NCBI RefSeq assembly: GCF_003072485.1
Contig: NZ_CP025989.1
Coordinates: 720,001 to 752,000, forward strand
Reading direction: 5' to 3'
Length of the DNA stretch: 32,000 nt
Origin: Candidatus Fokinia solitaria
GTDB lineage: Bacteria; Pseudomonadota; Alphaproteobacteria; Rickettsiales; Midichloriaceae
The notes beneath the pieces were generated by a model. It ran no database searches, had not been told where the DNA came from, and was given only the letters and a program-made list of their open reading frames with translations. Shown here in pieces: positions 16,175-25,219 of the stretch; within the stretch, counting starts at the first letter, position 1; each line of letters starts with the position of its first letter. The position numbers and the translations under genes are program-made.

Positions 16175-17794
16175 TTAATCCTTGTCATCGTGAATCGTCC
16201 TATCTACTTCAAAATCGCTCATGAATTGTCGTATTGATTGAATAAATGGCGCGTCTTGCATTTTCTTAAGTGTTAAATCTTGCCTTTGCTTTTTTAACTC
16301 TGAGTAAGTGAAGCATTCGGCATTTGTTGTAAACTCTAACTTCCAACTCTTACCCGTCACTTCAGTTAAATGAGATATGAGGTAAGCTTTTTTTTCATCA
16401 CTAATTGGATTAGCTTTTATAATACAATACTCATGATCTACATCTGCAATTTTCAATTCATTACTGACAACGTATAAAAGCTCGCTTCTGCCCTTCGCAA
16501 TAATATCATTGATCAATCGCTCTATCCTATAAAAAAAATCTTCCGTAGTACGAGTATCATTAACACCATCACTAATAAACGATGGTTGTACTATTTCATC
16601 ACTTATAATCATTTTTAAAACATCCATTAATTTATCAGTATTTTCAAACGTACCTACATATGACATTTTTACCAATACCACTTCTAACATCTTCGTGATA
16701 TCAGCAGTGTACTTTGCTTGTTTTTGAAGCTCAATGAGTAAATTCCACGCTTTCAGCAAAAACGCTCTATCCATCACACGACTATCTTTCAACAATATAT
16801 TAAGACAACTATCAGATTCCTTTAAACTATCACTTTGCATGATGCATTCATACACTACAGTAAGCATTGCTTCTAATATAGCTTTTGCTTCATTTGCACC
16901 ACCGTCATACAATTTTCTACTCTTTTCTAATGCTGCGTGCGTATCTGAATAAGCTACATCTCTCAGAATTTCTGCAATAGTAAGTAATGATACTTTACCA
17001 AGTAACGACTCAATATCATCAAGCGTAATGACAGGACTACATCTATCATTGAATAATGCTACAGTTAAGGCTTGCTCCAAGATCGATAATCCGTCTCTTA
17101 TTGAGCCTCTAGCTGCTTCTGCTACCATATCTACAACACCGCTTTCTACTTTACATCCTTCTCTTTCCAATACATTAATATAATACTCAGTTAATTCAAA
17201 CTGCGATAACGCACGAAGGTGCATCCTTTGACATCTAGATATTATCGTTTCCGGTATTTTTCTAAATTCTGTTGTAGCAAGGATAAATTTTACATGAGAA
17301 GGAGGCTCTTCTAATGTCTTTAATATTGCATTAAATCCACTGTTTGAAACCATATGCACTTCATCTATGATAAAGATTTTATATCTAGAGTGAAGTGGCA
17401 TATATTGCGCTGTTTCTATGATATCTCTAACGTCATTCACACTAGTATTACTCGCCGCATCTATCTCCATCACATCAGGATGTTGCATTCGTGCAATTTG
17501 CACACAATTACTACACATACCGCATCCTTCTCCATTATCCATCAGACTCGTACAATTTAATGCTTTTGCAATCAAACGCGCGATAGTTGTTTTACCTATT
17601 CCTCGTGTACCTGTCAGAAGAATCGCATGAGGCACTCTATCTAAGAGAATGGCATTTCTTATTACTTTTATGGTAATATCTTGCCCAACTACATCCAAAA
17701 ATCTCGATGGCCTGTATTTTCTTGATAATACAATGTGCGAATTATTGCTGCTCATATATAAAGTAAATAGTACTTTCGATGTGTTATAACGCAT
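16175..17794 (-). CDS. dnaX: DNA polymerase III subunit gamma/tau
   Basis: 539-aa ORF with YRPSRFLDVVGQ, Walker A GTRGIGKTT, a Zn-module-like CGMCSNC, the IIDEVHM box and LKTLEEPP. The true start may be Met14 at 17755 (MSSNNSHIVLSRKYRP). Confidence 0.95.
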   Translation of the reverse strand: MRYNTSKVLFTLYMSSNNSHIVLSRKYRPSRFLDVVGQDITIKVIRNAILLDRVPHAILLTGTRGIGKTTIARLIAKALNCTSLMDNGEGCGMCSNCVQIARMQHPDVMEIDAASNTSVNDVRDIIETAQYMPLHSRYKIFIIDEVHMVSNSGFNAILKTLEEPPSHVKFILATTEFRKIPETIISRCQRMHLRALSQFELTEYYINVLEREGCKVESGVVDMVAEAARGSIRDGLSILEQALTVALFNDRCSPVITLDDIESLLGKVSLLTIAEILRDVAYSDTHAALEKSRKLYDGGANEAKAILEAMLTVVYECIMQSDSLKESDSCLNILLKDSRVMDRAFLLKAWNLLIELQKQAKYTADITKMLEVVLVKMSYVGTFENTDKLMDVLKMIISDEIVQPSFISDGVNDTRTTEDFFYRIERLINDIIAKGRSELLYVVSNELKIADVDHEYCIIKANPISDEKKAYLISHLTEVTGKSWKLEFTTNAECFTYSELKKQRQDLTLKKMQDAPFIQSIRQFMSDFEVDRTIHDDKD

Positions 17795-17926
17795 TTTTTA
17801 CAGTATAGCACTACCTTTTTGTAAGAAAAAATAAAAAGACAAATTTCATTACAACATATACATACGAAAATTGCTTTTGCATCTAAGAATTAATTACAAC
17901 TAAGAAGACAATTTAGTATATAAGAA

Positions 17927-18589
17927 GTGATATACTATCAAGTAATGCATATCATAACTACTCATAGAAAAATATATACAATGCAATTACAAAAGGAAAA
18001 ATTTAATAAGTTTGAAATACCAACTTTATACAACATAATATCACTGCTGCCAAAATCTACAAATGTACTTGCTTTGTTGAGAGATCTATGTACACCACCT
18101 GAATTGAGAATTTTAAGAGAAAGATTGACAATAGCTTTATATCTTCAGCATAAACCTAATTTCTCATATAAGATGATCAAAAATCTCACAGGAAGCAGCG
18201 TGACAACTATAATGAAAGTAAATCACGTACTACAAAATAAAATTTGTAATGGATATAAAACGATACTACCTCAGTGTAATATCTATACTTCGCTTGAAGA
18301 GGCGCTTTTAAAGACAGGCACTGCGGAAAGATGTAAAGATCTCATATCGGATCTGTGTACCACTTATGAAATAAATATATTCGAAACAAGATTAGTCGTG
18401 GCGTATTTATTATCAAAAGGCTCTAGTAATAAGGAAATAATAAATTTTATCTCAGTCAGTACAGCGACATTAACTAGAATAAGAAGATTTTTAAATTATG
18501 AAAATAATAGAGGATATACGGCGGCATTTCATCTATTTGACAAGTACAACTGCGATAACAATACAGCTATGTTAAAATTTAAAATATAA
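17927..18589 (+). CDS. Tandem-duplicated YerC/YecD (TrpR-like) helix-turn-helix protein
   Basis: 220-aa ORF. Two homologous halves are visible: LLRDLCTPPELRILRERLTIALYLQHKPNFSYKMIKNLTGSSVTTIMKVNHVLQNKICNGYKTIL and LISDLCTTYEINIFETRLVVAYLLSKGSSNKEIINFISVSTATLTRIRRFLNYENNRGYTAAF. The second closely resembles the YerC/TrpR-family core as I remember it (D.CT..E......R..VA..L..G.....I......S.ATI.R..R.LNYG..GY). The start may be the internal Met at 17981. Confidence 0.75.
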   Translation: MIYYQVMHIITTHRKIYTMQLQKEKFNKFEIPTLYNIISLLPKSTNVLALLRDLCTPPELRILRERLTIALYLQHKPNFSYKMIKNLTGSSVTTIMKVNHVLQNKICNGYKTILPQCNIYTSLEEALLKTGTAERCKDLISDLCTTYEINIFETRLVVAYLLSKGSSNKEIINFISVSTATLTRIRRFLNYENNRGYTAAFHLFDKYNCDNNTAMLKFKI

Positions 18590-18600
18590 ATACAATCTTA

Positions 18601-20160
18601 TTATTTCATTTTTCTATCGTTTAGCACTCTGTAATTCAATGCTTCACTCAAATCATATTTCGATAATCTTGAAGTGCTCTGCTTTAGATCCGCAATCGTT
18701 CTTGCGACCTTTTTTAATTTATTTATGCTTCTTGATGAAAAATAGAATTTTTCCACTATTTTCAGAAATAACTTTTCTCCTTCTTCGTCCATCTTCGTTA
18801 CATCATGTAATAATTCCCCTTCTAGTTCCGAGTTCAAATATGTTCTTCCATTTCTTACATTACGTTCTCTCTGCAATTCTCTTGCCGCTATCACACGCTG
18901 CAGTATTAGACAAGAACTCTCTTCTCTCTGTTCGCTATGAAAAGAATGATATTCATCATTCATAGTCACTTGTAAATCGAATCTATCAAGCAAAGGGCCG
19001 GAAATTCTATTTTGATAATCAATCGCACAAGATGGCGCCTTTTTACATATTGCATCAACATTTTTACTGCCAAAATATCCGCATTTACATGGATTCATCG
19101 CCCCTACAAGTTGAAACTTCGCAGGATATGCAACATGATTGTTAACTCTTGCAATCTGCACATATTTCGCTTCTATTGGCTGCCTCAATGATTCTAAAGT
19201 TCCTCTTCCAAATTCCGGCATTTCATCAAGAAACAATATACCTAGATGAGAAAGAGTAACTTCTCCTGGACTTGCATCTTTTCCTCCACCAATCATTGCA
19301 GGTGTTGTACATGAAGAATGTGGTTCTCTAAACGGGCGTTCCGTAATCAGACCATTCTCAGGGCGTAATATACCTGCTAAACTAGCAATAATCGTAGTTT
19401 CTAACTGCTCTTCAACAGTAAGAGGAGGCATTATTGTATGTAAACGACTCGCTAACATTGATTTACCAGAGCCTGGAGGGCCTACCATTAGCACGTGATG
19501 CCCTCCTGCAGCAGCTATTTCCATTCCTCTTTTTGCTAAAATCTGCCCTTTTACATCAGAAAAATCCTTGTTATGTTCAGTACTTTTTTCCTCTTTTAAG
19601 TACGAATCAGCATATCGCTGATTACTGATGAGCTCTCTGCCTTTCAGATGATTCACTAACTCCACAATATGCGACGCTACTATAATATTCTTATTACCAG
19701 AATATGATACCTCTCTAATATTCATACTTGGACATATAACACCACATCCTATTTCCGTCGCTTTAATAGCAGCGGGCAATACTCCGTTCACATGCCTTAT
19801 ACTGCCATTTAATGATAATTCTCCTAATATTACGAAATTGCCAATCTCTTCCTGCGCTATCACTTCCATCGCTACTAAAATAGATAATGCAATACATAAA
19901 TCGAAATGCGTGCCGCTTTTTATAATATCAGCAGGCGCTAAATTAATCGTAATTCTCTTAGCAGGAAGACCAAATCCTATACTATTAAATACCGCTCTTA
20001 CTCTATCTCTCGATTCTGCTATCGATTTTGCTGCAAGACCAACAATGTTAAAACACGGCAATCCTGCACCTATATGAGTTTGTACTTCAATTTCTTGTAC
20101 CTCAATTCCAGAAAATGCTACACTCTTCACCGTAGATAGCATAATGCTCTCATTCTGCAT
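18601..20160 (-). CDS. comM: YifB/ComM family Mg-chelatase-like AAA+ ATPase
   Basis: 519-aa ORF with an N-terminal Lon-protease-like domain and Walker A VLMVGPPGSGKSMLA. It also has GILFLDEMPEF (Walker B region) and a C-terminal ChlI-like region with a CKCGYFGS motif. The start may be Met7 at 20142. Confidence 0.9.
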   Translation of the reverse strand: MQNESIMLSTVKSVAFSGIEVQEIEVQTHIGAGLPCFNIVGLAAKSIAESRDRVRAVFNSIGFGLPAKRITINLAPADIIKSGTHFDLCIALSILVAMEVIAQEEIGNFVILGELSLNGSIRHVNGVLPAAIKATEIGCGVICPSMNIREVSYSGNKNIIVASHIVELVNHLKGRELISNQRYADSYLKEEKSTEHNKDFSDVKGQILAKRGMEIAAAGGHHVLMVGPPGSGKSMLASRLHTIMPPLTVEEQLETTIIASLAGILRPENGLITERPFREPHSSCTTPAMIGGGKDASPGEVTLSHLGILFLDEMPEFGRGTLESLRQPIEAKYVQIARVNNHVAYPAKFQLVGAMNPCKCGYFGSKNVDAICKKAPSCAIDYQNRISGPLLDRFDLQVTMNDEYHSFHSEQREESSCLILQRVIAARELQRERNVRNGRTYLNSELEGELLHDVTKMDEEGEKLFLKIVEKFYFSSRSINKLKKVARTIADLKQSTSRLSKYDLSEALNYRVLNDRKMK

Positions 20161-20261
20161 AGACTTTTTGCGCTATCATTAGCAGTAAGCGTTACAAAAT
20201 GAAAGAAAATTCTTAACGATACGAGGTAATAAATTATCTATTATGAAACTTAACTGAGATT

Positions 20262-21614
20262 TCATGCAAAATCTCGTATTTCCCCTTTCATACTATTAGT
20301 AAATGCTTCGGTAATTTTTACAGTCACTATATCTCCTATTTCTACTCCATGTGGCACTTTATCCACTATCACAGACTGCATATATTCTGTTTTTCCAATC
20401 CATTGAGATTTTTTCTTACCATCTTTCATCAATAATACCTTCATCTCTTGCTCTAACATTTCTTGATTAAAGTGCAGCTTTTGCACCTCTAACAACTCTT
20501 GCAATTTTGCTAATCTTTCTTGCTTCACTTCTTCTGAGATTTGCTCTGACATTATGGAAGCTGGAGTACCAGGTCTTGGACTATACTTAAAAGAATACGC
20601 CGAAGCATATTCAACAGTTTTCACCAACTGCAAAGTATCACTAAAATCCGCCTCCGTTTCTCCTGGATAGCCTACTATAAAATCGGATGAAAACTGTATT
20701 TTATCAGAAATTGCTCTGAATTTTTCAATTATTTCAAGATATTCCTTCGTAGTATGTTTTCTATTCATATTTTTCAGAATTTTATCTGATCCGGACTGCA
20801 CTGGTAGATGTATAAACGGCATTATTTTAGGATGTTTATGAATCATAAATAGCAATTCATCATTCATATCACGCGGATGAGATGTGGTATAACGTAATCT
20901 TTTAATACGCTCATCTTGTGATAAAACTTCCAATAAACGCCCTAAAGTCCACAAATTGCCATATTCATCCACTCCATGGTATGCATTTACGTTTTGCCCT
21001 AATAAAGTAACCTCTGAGACATTTCTACTATCAAGAATATATGATAATTCCTTCATTATCTTCTCTGGAGAACGAGAATATTCAGCGCCTCTTGTATACG
21101 GCACGCAACAGAAATGACAAAATTTATCGCATCCCTCTTGAATAGATATAAATGCTGAAATGGACTGCGAAGAAATATCTATCGGCAATGCATCAAACTT
21201 TTTACTTTCTTCAAAGGAAAGCTCTACTAACCATTTTTTCTCTCTTCTTATTCTTTCTATTAGAGTAGGTAGTTCGTGATATGATTGAGGACCTACTACT
21301 ATATCTACTACGGGGGCTCTTTTTACGACTTCCGCTCCTTCCGCTTGTGCCACACATCCTGCTACCACTATTATTATATCTTTACCCTCTTGCTGTTTTC
21401 TACGCTTAAAATTTGCTAATCTACCAAGTTCTGCATACAACTTTTCAGAAGCTTTTTCTCTTATATGACACGTATTAATTACGATAACATCCGATTCTGA
21501 TGGAGTATCGGTAATTATGAAACCATGCGGCAGCAATAAATCTTGTATTTTTCCAGAATCATACACGTTCATTTGACAGCCATAAGTCTTGATATAAAGC
21601 ATTCTAGGCATCAC
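20262..21614 (-). CDS. miaB: tRNA-2-methylthio-N6-dimethylallyladenosine synthase (radical SAM methylthiotransferase)
   Basis: 450-aa ORF. It has YIKTYGCQMNVYDS (UPF0004 domain), the radical-SAM motif CDKFCHFC and a C-terminal TRAM-like region. Alternative starts lie at Met2 and Met5. Confidence 0.95.
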   Translation of the reverse strand: MMPRMLYIKTYGCQMNVYDSGKIQDLLLPHGFIITDTPSESDVIVINTCHIREKASEKLYAELGRLANFKRRKQQEGKDIIIVVAGCVAQAEGAEVVKRAPVVDIVVGPQSYHELPTLIERIRREKKWLVELSFEESKKFDALPIDISSQSISAFISIQEGCDKFCHFCCVPYTRGAEYSRSPEKIMKELSYILDSRNVSEVTLLGQNVNAYHGVDEYGNLWTLGRLLEVLSQDERIKRLRYTTSHPRDMNDELLFMIHKHPKIMPFIHLPVQSGSDKILKNMNRKHTTKEYLEIIEKFRAISDKIQFSSDFIVGYPGETEADFSDTLQLVKTVEYASAYSFKYSPRPGTPASIMSEQISEEVKQERLAKLQELLEVQKLHFNQEMLEQEMKVLLMKDGKKKSQWIGKTEYMQSVIVDKVPHGVEIGDIVTVKITEAFTNSMKGEIRDFA

Positions 21615-21694
21615 AAAAGCAGAATTGAATTACTTGGAAAAATAATGTACCATACGGTAATAATAGGAAAAACTGTATTGATTTACAGCAGTAG

Positions 21695-22270
21695 ATGAGG
21701 TATTTCACTTTTTTTTTGCTATGCATCAGTTGTCTCTTTTTAAAGGGTTGTACCAGTACGCGGTGTAACAGCTCCATGAACGATGATGAAAAATTTGAAT
21801 ATGCCGTCAATCTCGTACTTGCGATGGAAGGCGGATATGTCAATCATCCATCTGATAAAGGAAGAGAAACAAAGTACGGCATCTCCAAGAGATCTAATCC
21901 TAATGTGAATATCAAAAATCTCACCGTAAGGCAAGCAAAGCAAATATATTACATAAAATATTGGAGGCCAAATCGCTATTATCTGATAAAAAATACCATA
22001 ATAGCAGCAAAGATCTTTGATATTGCGGTACATGCAGGTTCTCAAGTAGCGAATAAAATGTTACAACGTGCACTTTGGGCAACAGGCTGTAAAAATGTAG
22101 CGGAGACTGGCATATTGGACGAACAAACTCTTAAAGCAACAAACAGAGCAAAACCTGCTGTACTTTTAAGTGCACTTAAATCGGAAGTTGCAGGATATTA
22201 CAGAATAATATCTTCTAAAGATGATAACAAACTCTTCTTAAGAGGATGGCTTAGAAGAGCTTATTCATAA
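21695..22270 (+). CDS. Glycoside hydrolase family 108 (lysozyme-like) protein with a probable C-terminal peptidoglycan-binding domain; probable lipoprotein
   Basis: 191-aa ORF. The signal peptide has a lipobox-like FLKGC. AMEGGYVNHPSDKGRETKYGISK matches the GH108 EGGY..D.GG.T.YGI motif. The C-terminal ...FLRGWLRRAY resembles the PG_binding_3 end. Confidence 0.75.
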   Translation: MRYFTFFLLCISCLFLKGCTSTRCNSSMNDDEKFEYAVNLVLAMEGGYVNHPSDKGRETKYGISKRSNPNVNIKNLTVRQAKQIYYIKYWRPNRYYLIKNTIIAAKIFDIAVHAGSQVANKMLQRALWATGCKNVAETGILDEQTLKATNRAKPAVLLSALKSEVAGYYRIISSKDDNKLFLRGWLRRAYS

Positions 22271-22310
22271 TAAAAAGTATTCTGTGATTAAGTGAAATAT
22301 TCACACGTAT

Positions 22311-23354
22311 TTATGCAATAGTTTTATAATGCACTGTAAGCATCTTACATAGATCCAGCATTCTATTTGAAAAACCAATTTCGTTATCGTACCAACATAC
22401 GATTCTTGCGTTGTTATCATTGACGAATGACTGAGTCGCATCAAATATACAGCTGTGTTTACAGCCGTTAAAATCGCATGATACTAATTCCTCTGAATTT
22501 AATGCCATTATGTCAGCGTAGGTATTTGCATAATCTGTAATGCAATCAAGCAAAAGCTCTACAGAAAGCTTACAATTTGCCGAAAATCGAAAATCTACAG
22601 TCGAAACATTAGCAACTGGTACACGTAGACTAGCGCCTCCGATCTTATCACCTAATTTAGGAAATAACTCAGATATCATTCCGGTAAATCCAGTTTTAGA
22701 AGGAATAATTGATAAATTCGCAGCTCTACCTCGTCTTTTATCTTTATGTGATTTATCTAATAACGCTTGATCATTGGTATACGCGTGAACTGTCGTTACA
22801 AAACCTGCTGTAATCTCAAATTTGTCATTTATTGCCTTAATCGCTGGCAAAATGCAGTTTGTTGTACATGAGCCAAGAGTTACTATATGACCTTTTTTTA
22901 CCTCTTCTATTCTGTCATTGTTTACACCTAGAATAATTGCATGTTCTGCTTTTTCACACGGCGCAGAGACGATTACATTGGTAACGCCTCCTTTTAGAAA
23001 ATACGGCTGTAAGAGGCTCTTTTTATTAAATGCGCCACTACACTCTAGCACTAACTCGATATCACCGTTTAAGGTATCTGAAAGTATTTCCACATTCTCA
23101 TAAGCAGTTACTTCAATTCTCTTGTTTATGGTAGGAAAGAACAATCCATCATCGATACACTGCACAGGTATATTCAATACACCATGAGTAGAATCATATT
23201 TCAATGCATAAGCAGCATCCTTAGCAGAAAGAGTACGTCCATTGATACGTACTATGTCAAAGTATTCTCTATATCCAGCATCAGCATCAAGAAAACTGCG
23301 TAACACACTTCTCCCTATTCTACCGAATCCATTAATGCAAACTTTCATATACAA
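22311..23354 (-). CDS. gap: Glyceraldehyde-3-phosphate dehydrogenase
   Basis: 347-aa ORF with INGFGRIGR (NAD binding) and the catalytic SCTTNC, ending in WYDNE.GFSNR. The likely start is Met3 at 23348 (MKVCINGFGRIGR). Confidence 0.95.
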   Translation of the reverse strand: MYMKVCINGFGRIGRSVLRSFLDADAGYREYFDIVRINGRTLSAKDAAYALKYDSTHGVLNIPVQCIDDGLFFPTINKRIEVTAYENVEILSDTLNGDIELVLECSGAFNKKSLLQPYFLKGGVTNVIVSAPCEKAEHAIILGVNNDRIEEVKKGHIVTLGSCTTNCILPAIKAINDKFEITAGFVTTVHAYTNDQALLDKSHKDKRRGRAANLSIIPSKTGFTGMISELFPKLGDKIGGASLRVPVANVSTVDFRFSANCKLSVELLLDCITDYANTYADIMALNSEELVSCDFNGCKHSCIFDATQSFVNDNNARIVCWYDNEIGFSNRMLDLCKMLTVHYKTIA

Positions 23355-23368
23355 TGAAAAACGATGAA

Positions 23369-23551
23369 TTATTGAACAGCGTGAGACACTGTCACTTGTT
23401 TAGCTTTTTTAAATCCTCCTGTAGCGGCGAAATCATTGTACAAAACTGCTCTTTTTTTCTGTAGATATGCTTTATCTTGATAAGATCTGTCGCTGGAGCA
23501 TGCGACGAGAAAGATCCATGACAAAAGAAGCATCGAAAAGCGTAACAGCAT
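23369..23551 (-). CDS. Small putative lipoprotein (60 aa)
   Basis: The track ORF has a signal peptide and lipobox (LLLSWIFLVACSS). It sits between alr and gap on the same strand. No homology is recognisable by eye. Confidence 0.4.
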   Translation of the reverse strand: MLLRFSMLLLSWIFLVACSSDRSYQDKAYLQKKRAVLYNDFAATGGFKKAKQVTVSHAVQ

Positions 23552-23626
23552 ACAGAAGCATATAAATATAAATCTCTTCGAAAGGATAGTAAATCAAAGC
23601 TCTCTTAGCAAGAAAAGCACTTAAAT

Positions 23627-24763
23627 TCAGATATATATTTTTTTCGATTCCAATCGTCCTATCTTACACAGCATTTCGTGCGCTAACCTTTCATGGAGAT
23701 TTGAGATCTTCATCACATCATCTATCAAATTTACGGATTGTGCTGATAAAAAATCCGCATCTGACATGGAAGAAGCATCAAAGATCGCTAATTGCATAGC
23801 GTTTGAAATCATATGAATTTTATGCCCCATGCACATGCAAAATCCGCGACGTTCCTTCTCATACCAACCGTACCAATAGCCACATTCAGCAGTAATTATT
23901 TTACTTCCTCTCTTCAATATAAGATTTCCTCCATACCCTACTACCGCATCTTCATCTAAAATAACTTTTTGCAATATATTCGCACTTATTTTGATCACTG
24001 ATTCAGAGAGATTAAGAGATGGATGAGAAGCGATGTCAGAATATAGCAAAACACCAACTCTCACCATGGAGAAATGATACTCAGTACCAAGTAGTACGCC
24101 AAATGAATTTGCAAAAGTATGTTGCATTACAACACTATTCCATACATTTTGCACTAGAGAAACGGCACTTTTAAATCTTTCCAGTTGTACCTCATTTAAC
24201 GGATGAGAATGTACCTCAGAAACACTCATATGCCCCATCAATCCAATACATTCGATACCTAATATTAGCGGTAACAGATTTAGATCGTGATTCTGATTTG
24301 AATATTTGGCAGTAAATGAAGATAACTCCACTGCGCTAAAACCAGTTCTCACCATTCCTACTTCAACGTATAAGATCATTCTAGGCGTAGGTATTTTATC
24401 TGATGCAGCCTTCAAAGCTGCAACAAGCAGCAAAAACTGCGCTTCGGCATTGATAACGAATATAAATCTTCGCTTTATACCAAGTAAAGCATTATCCACC
24501 GAATCAGGACCATGCAAAACGTATATATTTACATTATCCGACAAATTCGCTTCACTCGCTACATTGAAAACTTCTAGCGCTTCACTAATATCCGCTACTA
24601 AAAAGTCTTTGCACTCAGGTAGAAGAGCTGCAGCTACATTTCGCAGCCCTATTCCATAAGCATTTCCCTTAACAACTGCGCAACAACGCACATCTTTTCC
24701 AACAAAATGTGCGATCTCTAGATAATTATGCTTGATATTAGTAGTAGAGATGACAGTTTCCAT
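23627..24763 (-). CDS. alr: Alanine racemase
   Basis: 378-aa ORF. The N-terminal PLP-lysine motif AVVKGNAYGIG is present. Length and layout fit a TIM barrel plus a C-terminal beta domain with VGYGG. Confidence 0.85.
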   Translation of the reverse strand: METVISTTNIKHNYLEIAHFVGKDVRCCAVVKGNAYGIGLRNVAAALLPECKDFLVADISEALEVFNVASEANLSDNVNIYVLHGPDSVDNALLGIKRRFIFVINAEAQFLLLVAALKAASDKIPTPRMILYVEVGMVRTGFSAVELSSFTAKYSNQNHDLNLLPLILGIECIGLMGHMSVSEVHSHPLNEVQLERFKSAVSLVQNVWNSVVMQHTFANSFGVLLGTEYHFSMVRVGVLLYSDIASHPSLNLSESVIKISANILQKVILDEDAVVGYGGNLILKRGSKIITAECGYWYGWYEKERRGFCMCMGHKIHMISNAMQLAIFDASSMSDADFLSAQSVNLIDDVMKISNLHERLAHEMLCKIGRLESKKIYI

Positions 24764-24780
24764 ACCTCAATGCGCATTGT

Positions 24781-25218
24781 TTACTGCAGCTTTTTATCAT
24801 ATGGAAGAGTGACAAGCAATACGTCTGAAAATCCAGCATCTTTTATCAGATTAAACACAGAAACTAAAGCACCATATGTGACACTTACATCTCCTTTAAG
24901 CATTATCACAGGATTCTTTTTTTTCTTAGCAATTGCCTTTAATTTATACGGAAAATTCTCATCATTTGAGATTTTTATTTCATCTATAAATATATCTCCA
25001 TTAGATGCTATCGACACAACAATAGACTCTTTCAAATTGTCTTGCTGTATGGCTGCTGTATTTGCATCTGGCAAATCTACATCTATACCTCCAACCATCA
25101 TGGAAGACGTCACCATAAATATCGTAAGAAGCACAAGCATTACATCTACGAGTGGAGTAATATTGATATCAGAATTGATGCCCCTTGTTTTTCTGTAAGA
25201 TGTCTGCGCAATACCCAT
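24781..25218 (-). CDS. ExbD/TolR family biopolymer transport protein
   Basis: 145-aa ORF. INITPLVDVMLVLLTIFMV is the family's single transmembrane signature. A periplasmic domain follows, with I.I..DG.....E and LKGD..V.YG..V.V motifs. Confidence 0.85.
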   Translation of the reverse strand: MGIAQTSYRKTRGINSDINITPLVDVMLVLLTIFMVTSSMMVGGIDVDLPDANTAAIQQDNLKESIVVSIASNGDIFIDEIKISNDENFPYKLKAIAKKKKNPVIMLKGDVSVTYGALVSVFNLIKDAGFSDVLLVTLPYDKKLQ

Positions 25219-25219
25219 A

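Noticed and set aside
16388-16395. A8 run in the dnaX mRNA (GAT GAA AAA AAA GCT) as a possible programmed -1 frameshift site producing the gamma subunit, as in E. coli
   Set aside because: It lies at about codon 467 of 539, far too close to the C-terminus to remove the tau-specific domains. No downstream stem-loop is evident. It is most likely a chance homopolymer in an AT-rich genome.
22292-22304. Short hairpin GTGAA-ATA-TTCAC between the convergent GH108 and gap genes as a bidirectional terminator
   Set aside because: It has only a 5-bp stem with a 3-nt loop and no adjacent U/A tracts of convincing length. That is too weak to call from sequence alone.
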